A DNA stretch of 64,000 nucleotides from Alphaproteobacteria bacterium (lineage in GTDB: Bacteria; Pseudomonadota; Alphaproteobacteria; JAUHZC01): NCBI GenBank assembly GCA_023898725.1, contig CP060236.1, positions 196,920-260,919 on the forward strand. Reading direction: 5' to 3'. The notes under the pieces were generated by a model. That model was not told the DNA's origin. It did no database searches and worked only from the letters and a program-made list of their open reading frames with translations. How positions within the stretch are numbered: position 1 is the first letter of the stretch; each line of letters opens with the position of its first letter. Made by a program: the position numbers and the translations under genes. Below are positions 26,801 to 35,300 of the stretch, piece after piece.

Positions 26801-28126
26801 GGCCCGGTTAGTAGAGACAAGAATATGTAAAATCGGTTGCGCAAGATTTGCCTCACGGAAAATTTTGTACTCAAAAAGATGCGTTACAAAAGCAATTTTT
26901 CTTGGGCCAGCATTCATGATAGGTGGGGATGATACCGAAACACTCTGGGGGGGTTCTGGTGAGGGTTGCTGGTTGTTCGTCACTGTATCAGCATGTGAAT
27001 CAGCGGCAATATTCTTACGAGGAGGTATTACAGTATTTGTAGCGCTTGCGTGTTCATCGCCTGTAAAATAGACACCCCGCAAAAAGAAAGATTCATGATA
27101 GGCGCTATCGCGAAAAATATTATCCATGTACAGGCGCAAGTTTTTTTCGACGGACTCAACACTTTCACGAAACAGGAAAGTCCCTTCCCGCGTTTGTGCA
27201 TCACCATCTTGCGTAAAAACTAACCCTCGCAGCTTTTGGACCATATAACGCATATGGTGGAAAAAGTCATAGCCCCACTGGGGCGAGTAGCTAACATCAA
27301 GAGCATAAGGACATGACCAACCAAATATTTCCTTGCGGCGCTCGGGGGGTATTTCGTGTGCGAACTCTTTAAAGCCCTCCAAGTAGTCAGACTTTGTCAC
27401 AACAACATACACAGGAACTTTCATTTGCAGTTGTGCTTGCAGCTGCCATAACCGCTGATGAATCTGTTTTGCTCGGTCTGTTAACTCATCGTGTGTCAAA
27501 ACATTGGCGCCGACAAGTTCATCAGCAGGGATTGTTAGAATAATACCGTCTAGAGGTCGGCGAGGGCGATGGCGGGCAATGAGATTGAGAAGGTATTTCC
27601 AACCCTTATCGTCACCGTGTGGTGTCTTTTTTCCGACAAGAAGATCGCCTGCAGTATCCAGGATAATCCCGCGATCGAAAAACCACCACTGGCAATAACT
27701 ATTAGACATGCTTTCTGCAAAGTCGGGGCGTCCGATTGGAAGTTCAAGATTTACATGGTTCAAAAACTCTGTTTTTCCAGATCCTTGAGCGCCAATCATC
27801 AAATACCAAGGGATTTCATACTTAAAATTATTCCCTGGGATATAGGTTTTGAGAACCTCAATAGCCTTGTCAAAAGATAATGCTAAGTCATCACTGGCAC
27901 TCCCCTTAAAGAACCCAATAAATCTTTCCCAGAGAGATTTTTGTGGTTCAGGGGGTGTTTCATCTTCTTTGGGAATGGGTGGAGCCAGAGCCCGACGTTT
28001 AGCCGCACGTTTGAGCGCCAACGATGCGCTCACAATAACACCTATGGCGATAATCAATGCCAAAAGCATTGACCCCCAAATCGCATACACAAGATATGGT
28101 GAAAGTTGCTCCAGGAGGGCTATCAT
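23822..28126 (-). CDS. tssM: Type VI secretion membrane-complex protein TssM (IcmF).
   Basis: The 1434-aa product has N-terminal TM helices and a Walker A P-loop (MIGAQGSGKTEFL). The IcmF-related central and C-terminal domains are present. The start overlaps the tssL stop. Confidence 0.9.
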   Translation of the reverse strand: MIALLEQLSPYLVYAIWGSMLLALIIAIGVIVSASLALKRAAKRRALAPPIPKEDETPPEPQKSLWERFIGFFKGSASDDLALSFDKAIEVLKTYIPGNNFKYEIPWYLMIGAQGSGKTEFLNHVNLELPIGRPDFAESMSNSYCQWWFFDRGIILDTAGDLLVGKKTPHGDDKGWKYLLNLIARHRPRRPLDGIILTIPADELVGANVLTHDELTDRAKQIHQRLWQLQAQLQMKVPVYVVVTKSDYLEGFKEFAHEIPPERRKEIFGWSCPYALDVSYSPQWGYDFFHHMRYMVQKLRGLVFTQDGDAQTREGTFLFRESVESVEKNLRLYMDNIFRDSAYHESFFLRGVYFTGDEHASATNTVIPPRKNIAADSHADTVTNNQQPSPEPPQSVSVSSPPIMNAGPRKIAFVTHLFEYKIFREANLAQPILHILVSTNRALNFAKGMMAVVCLGWFIGLLWVNENLTNTHKLTYPLLHQIHRAVDGVHKLQGPRKEAQRNIFLNEQTRSIINLMGGVSTTKTWSLFIPSSWFVSLQDRINDSLTVAYDDIILAAIHNELRKKGDVITSLSHLEVDFEHEVSASIDPIKLPEFRNLRNYVAEISEYEKHIALYNDIEVSQSIDNVLKLIRYVYDRDFSGQKFQNKSYYRVALSDTTDINVHVQGIRRKAEEKLNQRLSAFMAASFNTEKNLPQVIKLRDQLDVLSRPGGLETDDKDLRNLYALTQVVMQDLSSPTIKWIESSVFNPGEDFSELMTTIASSEILGIAIASQVSEKIRTRFEKFKEELLAMRTPLSSHFFVRANNVLRAGVSDGLKNLHKVLEDFLKQTFMIEDAVVQKLRPVPPGKLLVWDSVTLGNAEKLIDTYTHFVENTMMEIQGQFRAILKFVATNSLRKKILSILGKSQTFFDAPVQFMSYGAQERLNSQVQNIRVVTPQFRKILSVFNVRDIKFKETGLPELLITQTYDMLRRVDKMLDTQDLFSVRNGNFDWWEGETNVGYRAFSVDDQEGLETYLTAQIQRVSYFAKELAHPLLDFLRLTNLEDTPSDLPTIHRWERVLGQLDYYTQKKPGNSVASLEEYVIKNMNLVSMNNCGMQVSEGTGDYFLERRGKIQTLLSKRCIGLSQGRFKERYNRLATFFNSTLSDRFPFTKRAYMPGEREASLRDMHTFYKLMDLLTPYDYELLEKEARRSPLKSRILHFLKFMRASRRLLHAGGNNAQGEDIDGLTFEVDVDAKKKLETQNNFVMRRIFRVGDPSGGHDSMTAIRNGDKLKTFDYYSGDNTHLELQFVKSTANKKYPAPTANHDNAAYEVEEETKALFFYEGQWAMLHLLKENKAEIVTPNAGVERHWTVKIDIPIMFPETPGANGAPPSTQKGVSTIIYDIKLLEKKGEGSPEDSAKEAQKRLLDRALSSLNFPTQSPVIPSDDGLDQEGGGSE

Positions 28127-28911
28127 GGGGAACGCCCCTTTAATGCTTCGTGTAAGCGCACAATATCATCCGATTTTACAAGCAAGGGGCGTGTGTTGTG
28201 ATGCCAAATTTGATACGAGGCCAGAAGAAGCGTCAAGACCATGACAAAGAAAACAACAATCCACGGACGAAAGTTGTGTAACGACTTTGATTCTCCACCC
28301 TCAAGGGTGTTTACATAAGCACTGACAAAAAGAGGTTTTTTCACATTCTCAATTTCAGGTTCTTCATGGTGAATGAATACGTACAATTGGCGACGATAGT
28401 GATGCAAGTCCATCAGGTTGTCATGACCACGAAATCGCCCCAAAAACCCAAGACCTAAGGCCATTAAATATAAGTATCCAATATCCGCACGCATCGCATC
28501 ACGCTTCTGGAGAAAATCATCAAGATTCGTGAAAAATTTTTCACCGGCCGTGTGGCTGCCAAAAACTTGATTTTCCAACAAGTTTTTTTCCCATGTTTTC
28601 TGGCCTGCCCAAACATGATGGATAAAAACTTCATCTGCATACGCGGCCATGATGAACTGGGCCTCACGATAGAATTGCGAAGCAAACTCTCCACCAAAAC
28701 GCGGGGCCTCCAAAGCCTGTCGGTCAAGCGTTTCCTTCAGGTTACGTGCCGTCACAACAGCCATGCTGGCGGCACACGGCCCTGGATAATCCTCGGAAGG
28801 AATCCACGCCTGTTGATCGATTAGCTTTTTGTAATAAGCAACCTTTGCCACAAACTCCTCAAAGAAGCGAATAACAAAAGATGTTTCTGCATTTTTTAGC
28901 TGCTTATTCAC
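28123..28911 (-). CDS. tssL: Type VI secretion membrane-complex protein TssL (DotU family), with no peptidoglycan-binding extension.
   Basis: The 262-aa product has a DotU-like cytoplasmic domain and a single C-terminal TM helix (IVVFFVMVLTLLLASY). It lies in the TssL position upstream of tssM. Confidence 0.7.
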   Translation of the reverse strand: MNKQLKNAETSFVIRFFEEFVAKVAYYKKLIDQQAWIPSEDYPGPCAASMAVVTARNLKETLDRQALEAPRFGGEFASQFYREAQFIMAAYADEVFIHHVWAGQKTWEKNLLENQVFGSHTAGEKFFTNLDDFLQKRDAMRADIGYLYLMALGLGFLGRFRGHDNLMDLHHYRRQLYVFIHHEEPEIENVKKPLFVSAYVNTLEGGESKSLHNFRPWIVVFFVMVLTLLLASYQIWHHNTRPLLVKSDDIVRLHEALKGRSP

Positions 28912-29067
28912 TTTATTTAAGCCTATTTCCGTTTATTAGATAGCATTCACCATCTTCAGTTAAGCGGATTTGTGTAAAATTTTAGTTAAATTTCTCGAAC
29001 ATTCCTAAGGATTTTTTATACGCTTAAGGCTTGAAGTCTTTCTATACGTTTTTTCTCAAAAAAGATT

Positions 29068-30402
29068 TTATGCGCTTGAGTCCTTTTGTTTTTTTGGTAC
29101 GTACATAACAATCTCAACAGGGCGCAGATCATCACTATCTGACGCATTGAATATTTGAAGAACATCATCACCATCGATCATTTTTTCACTCACATTAACA
29201 GCAAATAAAACCATTCCCTTTGCAGGCATTAATTGCAAGCTTTCTACCTGTTCGAGCAATTTACGTTCTGCCCCACGCACGCGCATATCTCTTGCGGCTT
29301 CAGCATAATTTTGAGAGGCAATGACAGCGTCACTGACCCACTCCGCTAACTGTTTTTCACTCATCATTACATTGCCCCGGGCACCTAAAATGAGCGTATC
29401 ATTCACAGCGAGACCCTTGAGATTAAGCTCAAAGAGAGATTCCTTAAGAAGAAAGGGAACAACAGAATATCCTTCTTGAATGCGATCAATCATTGAATTC
29501 ATAAAAGCAAGAACCTCTGTGAAGCTTCGCTGCAAATCAAGGTGATCATATCCGTGAAATGTAGGGGGAATTTGCCCAGGATCAATTCCCGCAATGGTGC
29601 CCGCACACTGACACAAAAGCTGATACACAGCGTAAGGGTGATTCGCTTGATTCAAAACTGCCTCAAGCGGAAGAAGTGTTCCGGACAAAATGCGCACCGC
29701 ATCTTCGCTTTCTCTGGATAATAATCCTCGTGAATTTGCGCGCATTCGCTCAACCAAAAATGCTATTTTTTTACGCAAGCGCTTGGCCAATCCAGCAAAA
29801 TTTTTATGCACAGGGTTTTCAGAACCAAGAAGCAAAAAAGGAGGCAAATAGGATGTTGCAACGTATGCATTGGAACGAAACTCGATCCGCATCAGCGGAA
29901 GAGAAACAAACCCCGCCGGCGGTTCTTTTCCTAAAACAAGCCGTAAATTAGGACGCAAGCGCGGCACGTGAATCGCATTTTCACCCGTATTTTCATCCAG
30001 TACATTTTTTACTTCGTAAGAAACATAACGCGGCAACTCTGCATCTACGCTTGCATTCCCATACCCCCTTCGATAAGGGGGTATGCACAGGTATACCGTT
30101 TGGGGTGAGGCGATAAGTGCATCTTGGTGCGGGACTAAGTCTATTTCTAAACCTTCTTTTGCCCGCGCAACTGAAACGGGACAACCATCTGGCATGATTG
30201 CCTCCAAAGCCTGAACGCGCAAAGCCCCACTCATCAAAAGAATGTTATCTACCTCAATGTGTGCAACACCCCAGTGAAAGGGATCATTGTTGCGCAGATG
30301 AAACCAAATTTCCTCCTGCTTCTGATGATCCGATGCCTGAAAATGCTGTGGTGACAAAAGCATACCTTCGTGCCACTGTATCAAGTCAAGATCATACTTC
30401 AT
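29068..30402 (-). CDS. tssK: Type VI secretion baseplate protein TssK.
   Basis: The N-terminal signature is WHEGMLLSPQHFQASD. The length (444 aa) and the position adjacent to tssL are typical. Confidence 0.8.
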   Translation of the reverse strand: MKYDLDLIQWHEGMLLSPQHFQASDHQKQEEIWFHLRNNDPFHWGVAHIEVDNILLMSGALRVQALEAIMPDGCPVSVARAKEGLEIDLVPHQDALIASPQTVYLCIPPYRRGYGNASVDAELPRYVSYEVKNVLDENTGENAIHVPRLRPNLRLVLGKEPPAGFVSLPLMRIEFRSNAYVATSYLPPFLLLGSENPVHKNFAGLAKRLRKKIAFLVERMRANSRGLLSRESEDAVRILSGTLLPLEAVLNQANHPYAVYQLLCQCAGTIAGIDPGQIPPTFHGYDHLDLQRSFTEVLAFMNSMIDRIQEGYSVVPFLLKESLFELNLKGLAVNDTLILGARGNVMMSEKQLAEWVSDAVIASQNYAEAARDMRVRGAERKLLEQVESLQLMPAKGMVLFAVNVSEKMIDGDDVLQIFNASDSDDLRPVEIVMYVPKKQKDSSA

Positions 30403-30412
30403 ATGTTTCTCC

Positions 30413-30988
30413 TTATTTATTCATTAAGCTGAGATATTCGCCATCTTTCATCAGGAGTAATTTCAAGTGTTCCCCTGATCCTAACTGCAATCGATGCGTT
30501 CCAGTTTTGTCGTAGTTCACAAAAATAAAACCAGCAATCGGCTTTGCGCCTGTGCGCGGAATTGGCTTATCCACAGGACCTCCGCCAACGACAACCACCT
30601 CATGAAACACTTCAATTCGTTGAGGAAAGTCACGCAAAAGCTGTTCATAGCGATCAAAGAATGTTTTCGCATCCATGCTCCGCACCTGACTCACAGGGCC
30701 ATCCTTATAAATGATAGCGATACCAACCCACAAAGGGCTTCCGTCATTAGCGTCTGGTTGCGGAACGATTGTCAGTTTGTCAAGCTCTACAGCAGGCCCT
30801 GCTGGGGTTCCGTCATCTCCCTTGCCGGTGGGTGCTCCCGGGGTTCCCATAAACTGAGCAAATGGGTTAAGTCCCCCACTCAGCAATTGTAGTGCGGGAC
30901 AACCTCCTAAAGAGAGAAATGCGGACAACAACATTCCTGTACGAAAACAATACCAAATCTTATCGCGCAATGTTTGTGTGCTAATCAT
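30413..30988 (-). CDS. tssJ: Type VI secretion outer-membrane lipoprotein TssJ.
   Basis: The lipobox is LSLGGC, followed by a ~170-aa transthyretin-like region. The gene lies immediately upstream of tssK. Confidence 0.6.
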   Translation of the reverse strand: MISTQTLRDKIWYCFRTGMLLSAFLSLGGCPALQLLSGGLNPFAQFMGTPGAPTGKGDDGTPAGPAVELDKLTIVPQPDANDGSPLWVGIAIIYKDGPVSQVRSMDAKTFFDRYEQLLRDFPQRIEVFHEVVVVGGGPVDKPIPRTGAKPIAGFIFVNYDKTGTHRLQLGSGEHLKLLLMKDGEYLSLMNK

Positions 30989-31610
30989 TAAGATTTACCA
31001 CTATTTTTAAGTTGTTAGGAATGACCGTGACTGTTGCCATGCGATGGCCAATCAAACGAAGCTTATAAGCAAACTGATTAGCAGCCACATAGTCTTCAAA
31101 AACCCCCACACGCAAATCATAGATTATTCGGGTGATGGAGCTACTACTTTGCATCTGACTGCGTACAGCATAAACACCATACCCTAAACGACGCAGTGTA
31201 GCCATCATTTGTACAGCTGATACCCTATCTCCTACCGTTTTTAGTTTTACAGAGAACTTCCCGGCATCACCCTCGGTGGGTATTCGTGCAGAAGCTGTTT
31301 TTTCACTTTGCTCTTCGATCTGGACAGCCATAGTGGCCTCTGGCGATAACGCCGCACTAGCTGCTGAATCCGGGGCTGATGCGCCCGATGCATCAGCAGC
31401 CGAATCTTGCGGAGCACCAGAAGGTGCACCAGGCTCCCCACCCGATGGCATCACGGAGGCAGGAGGATTGCTTGCTACTGAAACTGTCGCCCCATAAGAA
31501 CTTCCCCCCTGAGAAACCATCACATATGACGTTATGAATCCTGCAGTGAACGATAAAAAGCTCAACAAGATTAGACCAAAAATAATACCAATTAGTGATA
31601 TTTGGTTCAT
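30981..31610 (-). CDS. Membrane-anchored SPOR-domain (peptidoglycan-binding) protein. It is the first gene of the T6SS operon.
   Basis: An N-terminal TM helix (IGIIFGLILLSFLSFTAGFI) is followed by an S/A/P-rich linker. The C-terminal ~80 aa have a SPOR-like pattern (VYAVRSQMQSS..., VGVFEDYVAANQFAYKL). The stop overlaps the tssJ start by 8 nt. Confidence 0.5.
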   Translation of the reverse strand: MNQISLIGIIFGLILLSFLSFTAGFITSYVMVSQGGSSYGATVSVASNPPASVMPSGGEPGAPSGAPQDSAADASGASAPDSAASAALSPEATMAVQIEEQSEKTASARIPTEGDAGKFSVKLKTVGDRVSAVQMMATLRRLGYGVYAVRSQMQSSSSITRIIYDLRVGVFEDYVAANQFAYKLRLIGHRMATVTVIPNNLKIVVNLND

Positions 31611-31780
31611 CGCAAAAAAAACTACCTCCCTAGGTATCAGTCTGATACTATCACGGAAGATTGCTTTATATCAACATAGGTTACTCATGGTATAGGTTTT
31701 GCAGCGGGGCAGAACGTCACCACATAAGCCCACCCCTAAACCCATGCGCGCTCTACTGATCAAACCCAAGGAGAAAAAAC

Positions 31781-32374
31781 ATGTCCTTTTCACTACCCGA
31801 CCTTCCCTACGCTTACGATGCGTTAGCACCTCATATATCCAAAGAAACGCTGACATTTCACCATACCAAGCACCATCAAACATACGTCACGAACCTCAAC
31901 AACCTTATACACGATACACCCCAGGCCTCTTTGTCGCTGGAAGAAGTCATCACCCAAAGTCACCATAAGAAAGAGGGAGGGATTTTCAACAATGCCGCCC
32001 AGGTATGGAACCATACGTTTTATTGGAAAAGCATGACACCTCGCGGGGGAGGATCCCCAACCGGGGCTATTGCTGCACGTATCGACGCTGAACTTGGAGG
32101 CTACAGCGCTTTTCAAGAAGCCTTTACAAAGGCAGCCAGCACCCAGTTTGGTAGTGGGTGGGTATGGCTTATTGAAGACCAGGGGCGCTTGGCTATTACA
32201 AAAACAGGAAATGCAGATCTTCCCCTGGTACATGGGCAAAAGGCCTTACTGACATGCGATGTTTGGGAACATGCGTATTATCTGGACTTTCAGAATCGCA
32301 GACCCGACTATGTATCAGTTTTTCTTGATTACCTTGTAAATTGGGATTTTGCGAACAAAAACCTCAATCAATAG
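31781..32374 (+). CDS. sodB: Fe/Mn superoxide dismutase.
   Basis: The product starts MSFSLPDLPYAYDALAPHISKETLTFHHTKHHQTY. The metal ligands are in the DVWEHAYY motif. Confidence 0.9.
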   Translation: MSFSLPDLPYAYDALAPHISKETLTFHHTKHHQTYVTNLNNLIHDTPQASLSLEEVITQSHHKKEGGIFNNAAQVWNHTFYWKSMTPRGGGSPTGAIAARIDAELGGYSAFQEAFTKAASTQFGSGWVWLIEDQGRLAITKTGNADLPLVHGQKALLTCDVWEHAYYLDFQNRRPDYVSVFLDYLVNWDFANKNLNQ

Positions 32375-35300
32375 GTGTAGTCATTGCCGCCGTGAGAGCG
32401 TTCACATACGCACGCGCATACACAACACGCTCCGCGCACGTGAGATCAGCACTGTTTTCGGGTATCTCTTGATGATCAGGGGGCTGTAACCCATATCCTT
32501 TTGAAAAACAAGCGCCACACGCATTCATGACAAGACAAAGTTCGTGCGAAAAAAGCGTATGCTCGGCAAGGGACGCCGACGGCTCCGGTATCAGCATGGA
32601 CACCACCGACCGTAGAGTTTCTGATGCCAAGGCATCTGCAAATTTTTCCGTATCAACAATCTTCCTGCGACAATGCACACCCATATATATCGTAAGACCC
32701 AGAAAAATCATTGCAGCAGGAATATCAGCAATGGCACTTGAAAGACGTAAGTTTTGCATACAAATAGCAAGATCATCATCATCAAGACACACGCTCCCTC
32801 TTGTGCTTGTGTTAAGCAAATAAACACACGCAATTTGCATCACTGTAGCGTAATGAACGTCCTCCAAAAACTCTGTGTGCAGAAAATTCTGGTGAAGCAC
32901 AAACCAGGCACGCACACACCGCAATAAACTTTGTTCAGACTCCCTCATAACAATAGGCAAAAAACCAAGACCCATTGTATTGATCAGTGTGTTAATAAGT
33001 TCCGTTAAGATAATATTCGGGGCCAGGGGATGATTGTCTATTTCAGCAGAATATTTGGTCACCAAAATAGCTGGGAAATACTGGTATAAAACTGTTTTAA
33101 ACGCTTTGTGATCAAAGTCATTTTCAAGTCCATGCATAATCCATAAATTTTTTGCATGCGCCACAACGAGTGAAAGCTCTGGGCGTGTCATCGAAATCAA
33201 GGAATAGTCACGAGATAGTTCCCTACCCGCTTGAATGATCTTTTTTGATTCTAAATACGTAATCAATAACTGAATTCGAGTTGGGTTCATCTTCACCTCA
33301 CGCTGCATACGAGACAGGAGAAGATTTTGATTATGATTGTTTTTCAGGACACATGCCACCACATCCTGTGTCATTTTCCGAAGCAATGCATTGCGTTGAG
33401 AAACGCTGATTTTACCGGCTGCTTGCGCATGTCCCAGAAGTATCTTCAGATTGACCTCATAGTCCGAACAATTCACACCTGCTGAGTTATCAATTGAATC
33501 CGTGTTTAAAAGCCCTCCCAGTCGTGAAAACTCAATGCGACCTTGTTGAGTAATGCCAAGATTTGCTCCCTCACCAATAATACGGCACCGCAATGTATTA
33601 GCAAAGACACGTACGGCGTTATTCGTGGTATCATTGACTGTGTCAGATGTTTCAAAACTCGCACACACAAACGTTCCAACCCCACCCAACCACAGAAGAT
33701 CTACGCGTGCAGATAGAATTGCTCGTATCAAATCATCTGGTTTAATTTCCGTCATAGTCGTTGGAAGATCTAGCAACAATCGCATTTCCACCGTCACAGG
33801 AATGTGCTTTGAATCACGAGAAAAGATACCCCCTCCTTTTGAGAGAGTGTTTGCATTATAATCCTCCCATGAGGATTGTTTTAAGGAAAACAATCGCGCA
33901 CGTTCCGCATAGGAACGCTTAAGGTCAGGCTTGGGATCAAGAAAAATATGACGATGATCAAAGGCTGCCACTAAGGCAATCCGCGGTGAAATCAACATTC
34001 CATTGCCAAAAACATCCCCTGACATATCCCCAACACCAACAACGGAAAGAGCATCCGTTTGCTCATCGATCCCCAGTGTTTTGAGATGGTGTGACACAGA
34101 AACCCATGCACCCTTTGCAGTAATACCAAGCTTTTTATGCTCATAGCCATTTTTCCCACCCGAAGCAAAAGCATCGCCAAGCCAAAAACCCTGCTTGCGG
34201 GAAATGTCGTTCGCATAATCTGAAAATGCAGCCGTTCCTTTATCAGCAGCAATAACAAGGTAAGGATCTGGATCATCAAAGCACACAATACCATGGGGAT
34301 GGACTATTTTTTTATCCACACTGTTATCTGTAATATCAATAAGTGCCCGCACAAAAGATTTATAGCAACAAACACCATGGGTCTTATACATATCCGGTCG
34401 TGCAAAATCAGACCTTCCTGCACGTACGTAAAATACACCCTTTGCCCCAACGGGCACAATAACAGCATTCTTTACCATCTGCGCTTTAAAGAGACCATAG
34501 ACTTCTGTGCGATAGTCCTCACCGCGGTCAGACCAACGAATCCCTCCGCGTGACACTTTGCCTCCTCGCACGTGGACTCCTTCAAAACTGTTGGAATAAA
34601 CAAAAATCTCACAAAAAGGAGGCGGTGTTTGAAGAAATGGCAGTTTCTCACTGCTGATCTTAAGGGCAATATGCTCCCCCGCAGATTTCTGATAGAAATC
34701 TCTGTAGAAATTCGTTCGTACGGTAGCCCAAACAACCAAGACTAATCCACGTAACCATTGCTCAGCCTCAGAGTCTCTCATGCCATCAAGATCTACGAGA
34801 ATTTCTTCAAAAATCAGACGACCGATCGTACGACGATCTGCCAAGGTGTGTGCCAACGTACTATCATGGTGTGCCTTAAAAAGATCGAGAATACGCCCCA
34901 TTATTGATCCGTGGCAGGTGATAATGCGCGCTAAACTTTCGGGTGCATAGGCAAAACCAAGCTGTTTCATGTACTGCAAAAAACATGTGACTAAAAAGCA
35001 TTCGCGCCACGTCACGTTCAAACGTAACAAAGCAAGGTTTGCAACACTATCGCCCAACTGTCCAGACCATCGTCGTTCCAAAGCATCCGTTAAGTTACGA
35101 GCAGTAACTTCTCCAACGGCACATGTGTCAGACGCGCAGCTTGCATAAAGGTCGTGTATCCATAAATCAACACCTGCGATTGTTTCAATTCTATAAACAC
35201 TCTCACGCGACACTTCCAAACCAAAATTCACAAGATTTGATACAATTTTTGTCAACAAGAGTCCTTCGTGAAGGGTATACACCTTGATGCCCCACACACG

